In this document: positions 46,930 through 57,433 of the stretch, one piece after another
Layout: each line of letters opens with the position of its first letter
Position numbering within the stretch: the stretch's first letter is position 1
Notes under the pieces: model-generated
Seen by the model: the letters and a program-made list of their open reading frames with translations, nothing else
What the model was told of the DNA's origin: nothing
Database searches by the model: none
Position numbers and translations under genes: made by a program
From: Bacteroides sp. SM23_62_1
GTDB taxonomy: Bacteria > Bacteroidota > Bacteroidia > Bacteroidales > SM23-62
DNA length: 61,418 nt
Direction of reading: 5' to 3'
NCBI GenBank assembly: GCA_001304505.1
Contig: LJUQ01000012.1
Coordinates: 1-61,418, forward strand

Positions 46930-49311
46930 ATGTGGGGAAATTATATTAAAACAGCTTTCCGCAACCTGGTCAGGCATCGTTCATACACGATTGTAAACGT
47001 ACTTGGACTTTCATTTGGACTGGCCATATTTATAGCACTTGCCCTTTATATCCAGTTTGAACTCAGTTTTGACAATTTTCATAAAAATGCAGACCGGCTG
47101 TACCGGATTGAACAGATCATGAACGCCGGTGGAAGGATTGAGCGGATGACCGGTTTGCCTACCCCTTTATGGAAGGCTTTAAAGGATGAGTTCCCGGAGA
47201 TAGAGGCTTCCATGCGCCTGGTTAATTCACAGATAACGCTTACTGATACTGAAAATAAAGCCTTTAATGTTAATGCATATTATGTGGAGGAAGACTTTCT
47301 AAAAGCCTTTACTTTCCCTTTGTTCAAAGGAGATGTTGATAATGCATTAACTGATCTTCAGGGTGTTGTACTTACGCAGGAAACAGCCCAGAAATTATTT
47401 GGTGAGGAAGATCCCTTTGAAAAACCATATGAAATTAATGGAACCCCTTTTAAAGTAACAGGGATCCTGTATGATATACCAAAAAATTCTCACCTGGATT
47501 TTGATTTGTTGATTCCGGTTAATGTTATAGGCGAAATACCATTTACATATTGGGGAGATAACTGGGTTCATCTGTATGTTATGTTAAAACCGGGGCAACA
47601 GATGGAGGAATTCAGGTTAAAAATCAGGTACATCCTGAAAAAATTTATTGATGAGGAGATTCTTAACGAGCTCGATGCACGTCCGATAAGGGATATTCAC
47701 CTGTATGCAGATGTGCCTGACGACTTTGCTGTTATTGGCAGTATCCAGAATGTTTATATTCTTTTTGCCATTGCTTTGTTTTTATTGCTGATGGCAGGTG
47801 TAAATTTCACTAATCTATCAATAGCATATTCTTCTGTTAGAACACATGAAGTTGCCATACGGAAAGTTTCTGGCGGGACAAGGTCCCTTTTATTAACACA
47901 ATTCCTTGGAGAATCACTTATAATGGTTATCATTTCCTTGTTTCTGGGATTTGTAATCTTTGAATCTATTCTCCCATGGTTTAATCATATAGTAAGTCGT
48001 GAACTGGATTTTAAATACCTGCATAACCTCCCCTTATTTTTTCTTATTTTTTTCATAGGAATTATTCTTGGAATCTTATCAGGGATCTATCCTGCCATTT
48101 TGATCTCCGGATTTAAACCTATCTCAATTCTTCGTAAACAGGATACCGGCGGAAGTAGAAATCCAACTCTTAGGAAAGTTTTAATCTGTATACAATTTTT
48201 CATTTCAGTTGTGTTGATTGTAGGTGCTATCGGAGTAGTCAGGCAGACCTATTATCTGAAAAATAAAAATCTCGGTTTTAATCCGGAACAGGTTGTGAGA
48301 GTATATCTCAATGATTCTTCCATGTTACATATCAATACATTCAGAGAACAACTTCTAAGGGATCCAAGGATTATCGACGCTTCTGTTCATGATTATGCAG
48401 TATGCAATTCGGAAAACTGGACAGGCATTGTGTGGGAGGGAGTACCTGAAGGAGAGTTCATCCGTATTAATATTAATTATACCGACCAACATTATCTTAA
48501 TACCTATGAAATAAAACTAACTGAAGGGGAAGGTTTTAAAGGTCCGCAGAGAGATACTTTAAACGAAAATAACCAGGTTATTTTAAACCGGGCTGCCCTG
48601 AACAGTATGAGCCTCCAGGATCCCATTGGGAAAAAAATATATTATTTCCGCGATTATAAACGCTATAAAGTAACTACTGCAACAATTGTGGGTATTGTGG
48701 AAGATTATCATTTCTTATCCGCTCATAATCTTATTACTCCGGTTATGCTCAGATTATACAATGGTGAGATGGTGGGCTGGAGTATATCCATCAGGCTGGA
48801 TGGCACAGATATGAAAAATACGCTGGATGAAATACGGAAGGTATATGAAATGTTTTACCCTGATCAGATATTTGACTTTGAATTTGTTGATGAATTCCAT
48901 GCAAGGATGTACCTTGAAGAAGACAAACTGGCAAGAATCGTCTTTTATCTCTCTCTGCTGGCGGTCGTAATTGCCTGCCTGGGAGTATATGGACTTGTCG
49001 CTTTCATAACTTCCCGGAGAACCCGGGAAGTGGGGATCAGGAAAGTGATGGGTGCCAGCTTTGCAACTATCACCGGTGTCTTTGCCAGAGAATTTCTATG
49101 GCTCATTGTCATTGGTAATCTCCTTGCCTGGCCCATAGCATATTACCTTGTAAGAAACTGGTTACAGTCTTTCCCATACAGGGTGGATTTTTCCTCCGTA
49201 CCTTATTTAGTGGCTTTCCTGTTAACGTTGCTTTTTGCTGTTCTCAGCATGCTATACCAGATATTCAGGGTTTCAAGAATCAATCCTGCAGACAGTTTGA
49301 GATATGAATAA
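46930..49311 (+). CDS. ABC transporter permease, MacB/FtsX family
   Basis: 'NYIKTAFRNL', 'FDNFH', 'NFTNLS..RTHEVAIRKV.G', 'RTREVGIRKVMGA', 'NPADSLRYE'; ATG at 46930. Confidence 0.92.
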   Translation: MWGNYIKTAFRNLVRHRSYTIVNVLGLSFGLAIFIALALYIQFELSFDNFHKNADRLYRIEQIMNAGGRIERMTGLPTPLWKALKDEFPEIEASMRLVNSQITLTDTENKAFNVNAYYVEEDFLKAFTFPLFKGDVDNALTDLQGVVLTQETAQKLFGEEDPFEKPYEINGTPFKVTGILYDIPKNSHLDFDLLIPVNVIGEIPFTYWGDNWVHLYVMLKPGQQMEEFRLKIRYILKKFIDEEILNELDARPIRDIHLYADVPDDFAVIGSIQNVYILFAIALFLLLMAGVNFTNLSIAYSSVRTHEVAIRKVSGGTRSLLLTQFLGESLIMVIISLFLGFVIFESILPWFNHIVSRELDFKYLHNLPLFFLIFFIGIILGILSGIYPAILISGFKPISILRKQDTGGSRNPTLRKVLICIQFFISVVLIVGAIGVVRQTYYLKNKNLGFNPEQVVRVYLNDSSMLHINTFREQLLRDPRIIDASVHDYAVCNSENWTGIVWEGVPEGEFIRININYTDQHYLNTYEIKLTEGEGFKGPQRDTLNENNQVILNRAALNSMSLQDPIGKKIYYFRDYKRYKVTTATIVGIVEDYHFLSAHNLITPVMLRLYNGEMVGWSISIRLDGTDMKNTLDEIRKVYEMFYPDQIFDFEFVDEFHARMYLEEDKLARIVFYLSLLAVVIACLGVYGLVAFITSRRTREVGIRKVMGASFATITGVFAREFLWLIVIGNLLAWPIAYYLVRNWLQSFPYRVDFSSVPYLVAFLLTLLFAVLSMLYQIFRVSRINPADSLRYE

Positions 49312-49433
49312 GAATTTACGGTAACGAAGCAACAAGATGTCGGTTCCTGATAATGCTATGAAAATTTTATTGAATGATTTATGTTCAAGGATATTTAATT
49401 CTGCATAAATTTATTCTTTAAATACAGACTGTT

Positions 49434-50306
49434 ATGCAAAAACCAATCCTGAAATTTCTCAATTTCCCACTTGTTAGAATTATTGTTGGAATACTTATAT
49501 GTATTGCGGTTCCTCTGCTGTTAAACAGATTCGCTCTTAAACCACTATTCAATGCTCTGGGAATTGAAGAAACCTTAAACCGTTGTCTCCGGGCTGTCCT
49601 GACACTTTTAATCCTGATGCCATATTTATACTGGCTCTTTTACAACAAGCTGGAAAAACGGGAAATTACCGAGCTGGGAAAAAAGGGATTGGTAAAAGAT
49701 TTGCTGGCTGGGCTTTTATTATCAGCAGGAACAATATCACTGATTCTACTTTTCCTGGCAATATTTGGTTTCTTTAAGATAGAATCCTTCAGCCCTCAAA
49801 TTTCTTTGATTCCACTTTTTATCATGATGATAAGTCTGGTATTTGTTGAAGAATTATTATTCAGGGGGATTATTTACCGGATTATTGAAAATAGCCTTGG
49901 AACAAACCTGTCTCTTGTAATCTCAGGTTTACTGTTCGGCCTATTTCATATTACAAATGAAAGTATGACCATTCAAAGTTTTTTCGCAGTAGTGATTGGT
50001 GGAATGATGGTTGGTATAATGTTCACTTTTGCAAAAAGATTATGGCTCCCGGTATTTTTTCATTTTGGCTGGAATTTTACACAGGTATTATATGGAGTTA
50101 CATTATCCGGAACAGATGAATATAAAGTTGATGCTCTTTTTAAAAGTAATCTATCGGGACCTGATTTACTAACAGGAGGAAAATTCGGCCCCGAAAACTC
50201 TATAGCAACAATTATTCTTACTTTCGTATTATTCCTGGTTTTCTATTGGCTTAGCTACAAAAAAAATAAAATTGTCCGTGCCTCCTTTCAAAAACATGAT
50301 TTATAA
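49434..50306 (+). CDS. CPBP/Abi (CAAX) intramembrane metalloprotease
   Basis: 'EELLFRG', 'FGLFH', 'HFGWN', 'GGKFGPENS'. Confidence 0.9.
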   Translation: MQKPILKFLNFPLVRIIVGILICIAVPLLLNRFALKPLFNALGIEETLNRCLRAVLTLLILMPYLYWLFYNKLEKREITELGKKGLVKDLLAGLLLSAGTISLILLFLAIFGFFKIESFSPQISLIPLFIMMISLVFVEELLFRGIIYRIIENSLGTNLSLVISGLLFGLFHITNESMTIQSFFAVVIGGMMVGIMFTFAKRLWLPVFFHFGWNFTQVLYGVTLSGTDEYKVDALFKSNLSGPDLLTGGKFGPENSIATIILTFVLFLVFYWLSYKKNKIVRASFQKHDL

Positions 50307-50466
50307 AAATCAGTCGACCAATACTGAAGAAGTCTAAAATCTGTTTATACGCTGTTTGAATATTAACAATTCATTACCTGTAATTGTTGATAATATCTGT
50401 TATACCACAGTTAATCCTGATTTGCCGATTTAATAATTTCGCATAACAAATTTAATGCCCTGACAG

Positions 50467-50904
50467 ATGAAACATATTATAATACTATTATTCCTTGTAT
50501 TGATTTTTACAGGCTGCGGCGGTCCCCAGAAATCAGCTATCGCGCCGGATCATTCAAAACAAACAGCGAAAACGTCTGTAACCGAAATGAGTCCTGAAAA
50601 AGCTGTTGAACAACAAATTATTGAAATAGAAGAGAAGCTGGTACCTGTCAATAACCTTCCACCCGATCCAGCCAGGTATTTTGTCATAATCGGGAGTTTC
50701 AGGATCCCGGAAAATGCGACTAACTATCAGAAAGAGATTGAAAAGGATGGATTTTTATCCGACCTGTTAAAAAATGAAGCAGGTTTGTACAGGGTTTCAG
50801 TAATGGCTACGGATGATATTCTGAAAGCCAGAAATGAAATCAAAAGAATCCGTACAAATTATCCTAAATATTATGATGCCTGGCTGCTTATTCAGGAAAA
50901 ATAA
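50467..50904 (+). CDS. SPOR domain lipoprotein
   Basis: Lipobox FTGC; 'YFVIIGSF...NA', 'YRV', 'DAWLL'. Confidence 0.82.
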   Translation: MKHIIILLFLVLIFTGCGGPQKSAIAPDHSKQTAKTSVTEMSPEKAVEQQIIEIEEKLVPVNNLPPDPARYFVIIGSFRIPENATNYQKEIEKDGFLSDLLKNEAGLYRVSVMATDDILKARNEIKRIRTNYPKYYDAWLLIQEK

Positions 50905-51208
50905 TACCTGTGCCCGATAATTATAATCATAACGAATTGTAGGATCAAACCCGCGTTATTAAAAATCAACCAGAGTTGTTTGTTGCGGTTTGGGATGTAA
51001 CTTTTAACCAGCAACTTGGAGTAATTAATTTTGGCATAACAGTATTTCCCGAAAAATATTGACAGGTTAACACAATTATTTACTGCTTCCCCTGTTATAT
51101 CCAACAATATATTTTCTGTAAATATTAAGTGTTATATTTATAGTATCATGATTCTAGAATAATCTTACAAAATAAATTTATGCTATCAGCTGTTTTAAGT
51201 GTTGCTTC

Positions 51209-52090
51209 ATGAAAAATGAGAAAAAGACAGTTGCATTAGTCTCGGTTTTTGCTGCAGTTTTCCTATCCGGATTTAAATTAATAGTCGGTTTATTAACAGG
51301 TAGCCTGGGAATTCTTTCGGAAGCATTGCATTCGATTCTGGACTTATTTGCTGCAGTGATAACTTATTTTTCAGTCAGGATATCCGATAAACCTGCTGAT
51401 CGCGAACATCATTTCGGACATGGAAAAGTTGAAAATTTATCTGCTTTTATTGAGACTATTTTATTATTTATCACCTGTGTCTGGATTATATATGAGGCAA
51501 TAAGCCGGCTTTCTACCGGACAGACTCATATTGAGGTCAATGCCTGGAGTTATATTGTCGTGATCTGCTCTATTGTTATTAATATCTGGAGAACACGTGC
51601 TCTCAGGAGAGTTGCAAGAAAATACAACAGCCAGGCTCTGGAAGCTGATGCATTACATTTTTCTTCAGATATATGGAGTTCTGCGGTTGTATTTCTTGGA
51701 TTAATCTGTGCTCAATTTGGATTTTTCTTTGCTGACCCCATTGCTGCACTATTTGTGGCAGTAATCATCCTTTATGCTACATACAAACTGGGTAAAAAGT
51801 CTATTGAAGTACTTCTGGATACCGCTCCAAGAAGCACCTATTATAAGATCGAAACTGCGATCCGGGGGATAAAAGAAATAACAAACTATCACGATATAAA
51901 AATCAGAACTTCAGGTGCCGACACTTTTATTGAGGTCACTATCCATGTTAATCCCGACCTGAATATTCAGCAGGCCCATGAGATATCTCACAAGGTTGAA
52001 AGCGAAATCTCCAAGATTGTTGAAAGGTGTGAAATCCATGTCCATGCAGAACCGGAAGGATTATCAGAAGATGCGGCTAACACTTTATAA
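51209..52090 (+). CDS. Cation diffusion facilitator (FieF-like)
   Basis: 'EALHSILD', 'HHFGHGKVE', 'ADALHFSSD', 'IHVHAEP'. Confidence 0.92.
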   Translation: MKNEKKTVALVSVFAAVFLSGFKLIVGLLTGSLGILSEALHSILDLFAAVITYFSVRISDKPADREHHFGHGKVENLSAFIETILLFITCVWIIYEAISRLSTGQTHIEVNAWSYIVVICSIVINIWRTRALRRVARKYNSQALEADALHFSSDIWSSAVVFLGLICAQFGFFFADPIAALFVAVIILYATYKLGKKSIEVLLDTAPRSTYYKIETAIRGIKEITNYHDIKIRTSGADTFIEVTIHVNPDLNIQQAHEISHKVESEISKIVERCEIHVHAEPEGLSEDAANTL

Positions 52091-52124
52091 CTAAACATCA
52101 GCATTAGCAGGTAATATATTCATC

Positions 52125-52184
52125 ATCCCCTTTATGTCTCCCCAGCAGGCAGGGGGAGATGCCCGCAAAGCGGACAGTGGGGAT
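52125..52184. repeat. GC-rich multi-stem element between convergent genes
   Basis: atcccc/ggggat outer stem; tctcccc/ggggaga stem with agcaggcag in its loop; ccgc-aaa-gcgg stem. Confidence 0.5.
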
Positions 52185-52236
52185 CAAGCAGAATTCAAAC
52201 CTATACTTTGTGTTGGTAGATTAATCCATACTTGTA

Positions 52237-53526
52237 CTACAATGCTGCCAGCCAGTCACCCAGAAGATCAAAAGCCTTTACCAGCTTCGGGCAGTTTTCT
52301 TTCATAAAGGTTGAATTAAGTTCTTTCTCAACGGGTATTTTCCCGGAAGTTTCCAGAGCATTTGCACCGTCAAAGTCTACATATGAAATACGTGTGGTCA
52401 GCTCTTCAGGTGGCCTTCCAAAATCGCTTCCGGGTAACATGGCTACACCTGTTTTTTCAAGTATTCTTTTGCATAATTCCCCGGAGGTGTAAATACCATA
52501 TTTTTCAAGTTTTCCCCTGTATGGATTGAAGTCAGGGAACAGATAAAAGGCACCCTGTGGCAGTTGTATATCAATTTCCATATTCCGCAGCTTATCTACC
52601 AGAACCTTAGCAATAGTTTTTAAAATCCTGCGCGAGTGCAAAAGGTAATTCTCAATCTCGGAATTTTCTTCAAAAGCTGTAATGGCAGCATATTGTATCG
52701 GGGATGATGTTGCTGTGTAAGTTTCACTCGCTACACTGGCAATAGCATCCAGCAACCACCGCAGCTTCGCCGGAAAGGTAAAACATCCCAGCCTCCATCC
52801 ACCTGCTCCACACCATTTGCTCATTCCAGAACTTACAATTGTCCCTTCCGGGTAATAATTAGCAACTGAAACATGTTTACCATTATGATGAATCAACCCA
52901 TAAATCTCATCTGACACCAGGATTACACCATATCGCCTGGCCACATGTGCCAGCCTCTCGAGTCTCTCAAGGGGATAGGTATATCCGGTAGGATTGGCAG
53001 GGTAGTTCAGAATAGCTATTCGTGGCCTGGTCGGGTCCGTTCTGCATATCATTTCAAGCATGTCGGGGCTTAAACGCCAGTTGTTATCAGCTTTTGTCGG
53101 AATCCAGTTGACATTCCTTCCCACAATCCTGGCCTGGGGTGAGTAGGACACCCAGCTGGGTGTGGGTATAATCAAATCACCGTAATACACGAGCTGAAGG
53201 AGAAAGATCAGTTCTTTTGACCCGGGGCCAATCAATACATCCTCCGGGGTGCATCTCAGGTTATGTTTCCTCAGGTTAAAATTCGCAATAGCCTCCTGCA
53301 GCTCAGGTAATCCTTTAACCGGAAGGTATTCTTTCTGATGTGCATTCTGCCTAAGGGCTTCCACAACGGGTTCAGGGACCGGAAAAGGTGATTGGCCAAG
53401 TCCTAGCTTAAATACCTCTCTACCTTCTTTAATCATCCTGTTGCTCATTTCATTGATGGCCAGCGTCGCTGACGGCCCCATTCCCCTGATATTAAGGTTG
53501 ATATTTATGTGAAGCTTGTCACGCAT
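52237..53526 (-). CDS. PLP-dependent aminotransferase class I/II (aspartate aminotransferase-like)
   Basis: 'GPGSKE', 'PSWVSY', 'NYPANPTG', 'SDEIY', 'SGMSKWCGAGGWRLG'. Confidence 0.92.
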   Translation of the reverse strand: MRDKLHININLNIRGMGPSATLAINEMSNRMIKEGREVFKLGLGQSPFPVPEPVVEALRQNAHQKEYLPVKGLPELQEAIANFNLRKHNLRCTPEDVLIGPGSKELIFLLQLVYYGDLIIPTPSWVSYSPQARIVGRNVNWIPTKADNNWRLSPDMLEMICRTDPTRPRIAILNYPANPTGYTYPLERLERLAHVARRYGVILVSDEIYGLIHHNGKHVSVANYYPEGTIVSSGMSKWCGAGGWRLGCFTFPAKLRWLLDAIASVASETYTATSSPIQYAAITAFEENSEIENYLLHSRRILKTIAKVLVDKLRNMEIDIQLPQGAFYLFPDFNPYRGKLEKYGIYTSGELCKRILEKTGVAMLPGSDFGRPPEELTTRISYVDFDGANALETSGKIPVEKELNSTFMKENCPKLVKAFDLLGDWLAAL

Positions 53527-53944
53527 TTATTGTTGTAAAATATAGATGAAATGAAGATTAACCTTCAAAAACTAATAAAGATAATGAACGATCTCTTTCT
53601 AAGATACCTGATAATATCCTGATTTATCAACATCATTTTAATACCCTGTTGCAGTGTTTTTGTCGCCGGGTCACAATCCCTTTTCTGCAGAACATTAAAT
53701 GTTTTCCGGGGATTGTGTCATAACTAATTTCAATAGTGGTTGACTTTAGACGGACCTTTTGTAATATTATAAGCCTATTGCGGAGTTCGACTTTCAGCCG
53801 GGACGTTTCTTTTTACAGCGACTGTTCACAGAGCCCGGCTCTCCAGCCATAACATTCATATTACCGACGAAAGTAGTTCTGATTTCCTTTAAGTACATTA
53901 AAATGATTGTGTAAATTTATCCAATCATAATCAAAAACTCAGTC

Positions 53945-55024
53945 ATGGAACCTTATTCACGCAGGTCCTGGTTAAGGAAAAATCTGGCATTAGCGGTAAT
54001 CGGAACCATCAATCCTGTAATACCGAAAATAAATTATCCACCGGGACAGGGAAAATTACAATTGTCAATGCATCTCAGTTTACAAAATCCCGAACGGTTT
54101 AAGATCTGCAGACAGCTTGGTGTCACACATGCGATCACGGGAGCACCCTTCGGACAGATTGGACGTGACCAGTATGAGGCAGCAGCAAAAAAGCTCATGG
54201 ATGATTTTGCCGAAGCCGGATTTACCATCGCCGGCATTGAAGGCCATCCGGTCCCATTTGAGAACATTAAACTGGGTCTGGACGGCCGTGACGAAGAGAT
54301 ACGAAATACAAATGCTGCCATTGAGGCGCTCAGTAAAGCAGGTATCAACATGATATGCTATAACTTCATGGCCGGCCTTGGTTGGTACAGGACCAAATTT
54401 GATATTCCTGAACGGGGTGGAGCACTGACAAGCGAATTCAGCATGGAAGATGCAAATAAACAGGGATTAACCCAATGGGGAGAAATCAGTGAAGAACAAA
54501 TGTGGGAAAACTTGACCTATTTCCTTGAACGGGTCATTCCGGTTGCTGAAAAATTTAATGTTAGAATGGCGGCTCATCCGGATGATCCACCCATCTCGCC
54601 ACTGCGGGGGATTGGTCGTATCCTTACCAGTGCAGATAATTTCCGGCGACTAATGAGTATTGCCCCCAGTCCGGTCAATGGTATTACTTTTTGCCAGGCT
54701 AATTTCAGAGCAATGGGAGAAGATATTTATGAACTGGCCAGGGAGTTTTGCGAACAGGGAAAGGTATTTTTCGTACATTTCCGCGACATCGAAGGAACAG
54801 CAGATCGTTTTCATGAAACATTTCATGACAATGGCCCGACTGATATGCCAAGAATGCTTGAAATATATTCCAGAGCAGGATTTAACGGTCCTATCCGTCC
54901 CGATCACGCCCCAACACTTTCCGGCGAAGATGAGCAAAGCCGGGGATACGGTATGCAGGGGAAGGTATTTGCATTTGGATATATGATCGGTATTATGGAT
55001 GCGCTGAATATACCTTATGAATAA
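53945..55024 (+). CDS. Mannonate dehydratase (UxuA)-family protein with Tat-like leader
   Basis: 'ICYNFM', 'AHPDDPP', 'NGITFCQ', 'FVHFRD', 'RPDH', 'GYM.G'. Confidence 0.85.
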   Translation: MEPYSRRSWLRKNLALAVIGTINPVIPKINYPPGQGKLQLSMHLSLQNPERFKICRQLGVTHAITGAPFGQIGRDQYEAAAKKLMDDFAEAGFTIAGIEGHPVPFENIKLGLDGRDEEIRNTNAAIEALSKAGINMICYNFMAGLGWYRTKFDIPERGGALTSEFSMEDANKQGLTQWGEISEEQMWENLTYFLERVIPVAEKFNVRMAAHPDDPPISPLRGIGRILTSADNFRRLMSIAPSPVNGITFCQANFRAMGEDIYELAREFCEQGKVFFVHFRDIEGTADRFHETFHDNGPTDMPRMLEIYSRAGFNGPIRPDHAPTLSGEDEQSRGYGMQGKVFAFGYMIGIMDALNIPYE

Positions 55025-55040
55025 ACAAAAATAATTGAAT

Positions 55041-55421
55041 ATGAAACCCAGACCTAATTTTGATCATCCGGTTCATGAATTAATACAAAGGCGGTGGAGC
55101 CCTCGTGCCTTTTCTTCGAAACAGGTTGATGAAAAAGTCCTTCTGACCTTATTTGAAGCAGCCCGCTGGGCAGCATCCGCAATGAATGAGCAACCCTGGC
55201 GGTTTATTTATGCTACCAAAAATCACGAAGAAAGATATAATAAACTGGTTGACTGTCTTTCAGAAGGAAATAAAATCTGGGCAATGCATGCACCAGTCCT
55301 GATCATGACATTGATTAAAACCCATTTTGAACATAACAATGAATATAATAGATGGGCTATGCACGATCTTGGTCTGGCAATTGGTAATCTGAGCTGGCTG
55401 TTCAGCAACGAAAACCGTTAA
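55041..55421 (+). pseudogene. Nitroreductase family, C-terminally truncated
   Basis: 'RRWSPRAF', 'EAARWAASAMNEQPWRF', 'HDLGLAIGNLS', then unrelated 'WLFSNENR*'; the usual 'QA..GL.VHQMGGFD...GY' part is missing. Confidence 0.7.
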
Positions 55422-55529
55422 ACAGGATTTTCCTGTAAGAATATATTTGCGTGAAGAATAAGCTGAGATACAGCCCTTTACAAATATTTTATTCGTTTAT
55501 TAACCTGCTTGTCTGGTTTATTCAACAGG

Positions 55530-56453
55530 TTATTTATCATTAAATAAATTATCCGGATTAAATACGATCCCGGCTCTTTCATAATAGCATATACGCCCTT
55601 CTCCTGCAAATGATTCATAAAGCTCTCCCTTACAACTGCCATCAAGTATATTCTTTGCACATATTATCTGTTCATCAATAAAATCCCTTTCCAGAGGAGA
55701 ACCATGTCCCGGCATTATCATGTCAAACTCATCTGATCTCTGTTGTAGTTTTTCTAAAGATTGCATATAAGTTTCCAGTGGAGCACAGCCCTCAAGGAAA
55801 AGCCATACAATAACGTTGTTGTTATCACCTGTGAATAGAATCTTATGGTCAGAATCCAGCAGGCAGATACTTCCCGGTGTATGACCAGGTACTTCAATTA
55901 CTTCAAGATTTCTGTCACCAAGATTGAGTATATAGCCATTTTCTAATGGCAACAGTATCAGGGATGAATGTTCCTCCTTGTCATCAGTTACTTCTCCAGT
56001 AGAATTTGTATTATCCTGGTTTTCCACTACTTCAAGATTACTAAATTGCCTGACTGCTTCGAAGTCCAAAGGGTGGGCCCAGACTTCTTTAAATTGATAA
56101 TTCGTTCCGGCATGATCGGGGTATCCATGTGTGTTGACAACTATCAAAGGTAAATCGGTTACTGACTTCACGCATCCCAGCAGATTCCCTGTACCAAAAC
56201 CTGTGTCAATTAGCAATGCACTGTCCTCACCAATAACAAGGTACATATTTACTCCGCCGTTTTCATTAATCACCCATATGCCCTCGTTAATTTGCTTAAT
56301 TACATAAACAGTATCACATCCGGCATTTTTTTCTGCAGATTGTTTGTCTTTTTCCCCGGACTGACTATCAGGGCAACCCGATAAAACCACCATTACGACC
56401 AGGATAGTTAAACTAACCAGGATCTTTAATAAAAACTTAATTGAATTTTTCAT
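55530..56453 (-). CDS. Metallo-beta-lactamase-fold lipoprotein
   Basis: Lipobox LSGC; 'LIDTG', 'THGYPDH', 'PGHTPGS', 'FTGD', 'PGHG'. Confidence 0.85.
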   Translation of the reverse strand: MKNSIKFLLKILVSLTILVVMVVLSGCPDSQSGEKDKQSAEKNAGCDTVYVIKQINEGIWVINENGGVNMYLVIGEDSALLIDTGFGTGNLLGCVKSVTDLPLIVVNTHGYPDHAGTNYQFKEVWAHPLDFEAVRQFSNLEVVENQDNTNSTGEVTDDKEEHSSLILLPLENGYILNLGDRNLEVIEVPGHTPGSICLLDSDHKILFTGDNNNVIVWLFLEGCAPLETYMQSLEKLQQRSDEFDMIMPGHGSPLERDFIDEQIICAKNILDGSCKGELYESFAGEGRICYYERAGIVFNPDNLFNDK

Positions 56454-56611
56454 AATACTCGATGATTTGAGGTTCTAAACTAGTGTATTATTCCTTCCTT
56501 TAGTATTTTAATACATTGAATTAAAGATTGATAATACACGATTTTTTTTAAATTTATATTGTTTTAAACTAACAACAAAAATTCTGATTATTTTAAGAAA
56601 GAAATTATAGC

Positions 56612-57052
56612 ATGAATACCCGGAGAATTTTTTTAAAAAAGAGTATTCCACTATGTGTTGGAATATCTATCGGAGGTTTTTGTCTTTCGTGTAACAGAAA
56701 TCGCAGTTCATCACAAAACAATGATCAGGAAGCGGAAGATTATCTCATGATAGCTTATTGTACCCTCCCCTGTGACAAATGTGATGCCTATCTTGCTACA
56801 ATAAATAATGACGAAAATCTGAAAAATGAAGTCGCGGCAAGATGGGGAATGAAAGCGGAAGAAATATATTGTAAAGGCTGTAAATCAGATAATGCACTTT
56901 TTAGCTGTTCAGCCAGTAAATGTGCAGCGAAAAGAGGTGTTATCACCTGTGCTCATTGTGAGGATTTTATTGATTGTGATAATGAACTGTGGAATAAACA
57001 ACCCCAATTAAGACAAATGGCCGAGGAACTAAGAAAATCACTTGCCGGATAA
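56612..57052 (+). CDS. Cys-rich DUF3795-like protein with twin-arginine leader
   Basis: 'TRRIFLK'; 'AYCTLPCDKCDAY', 'CKGCKS', 'CAAKRGVITCAHCEDF..C'. Confidence 0.72.
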   Translation: MNTRRIFLKKSIPLCVGISIGGFCLSCNRNRSSSQNNDQEAEDYLMIAYCTLPCDKCDAYLATINNDENLKNEVAARWGMKAEEIYCKGCKSDNALFSCSASKCAAKRGVITCAHCEDFIDCDNELWNKQPQLRQMAEELRKSLAG

Positions 57053-57433
57053 GAATCCTGAGACAGCCTTAGATTAATATTTTATCATTACCATTCCTAA
57101 TATAAAGGAGGGATTGAAATGAAAAAATTATTTCCAATTACATTATTACTTTTACCGCAGCAGGTGAGTTTTATTAACAGGCTATAAATGGAAAAATTCA
57201 ATAATAAGGGAATTGTAAAAATATGGAATCCAATAAAATCATTCAACCTGATGAAAAAAAACCAGTTTCTTTAACTGGCAGGAGATATAACAATTGCCCC
57301 AGCAGAATTGAGATAGAGATCATTCCTGTATATATTTATAATATTCAATAACTTTACTTCGTTTATTTCAAAAAATGTTAATAGTTAAATTAATTTTGCA
57401 TATTGTCCTGATTTCTAAATAAATAGCCCTGTT

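Noticed and set aside
53709-53836. IS or MITE remnant starting gggattgtgtcataact
   Set aside because: One TIR-like end only; the candidate partner (ttcacagagccc) matches poorly and there is no transposase fragment.
57057-57069. ctgagacagcct resembling an IS terminal repeat
   Set aside because: Single short match with no partner.
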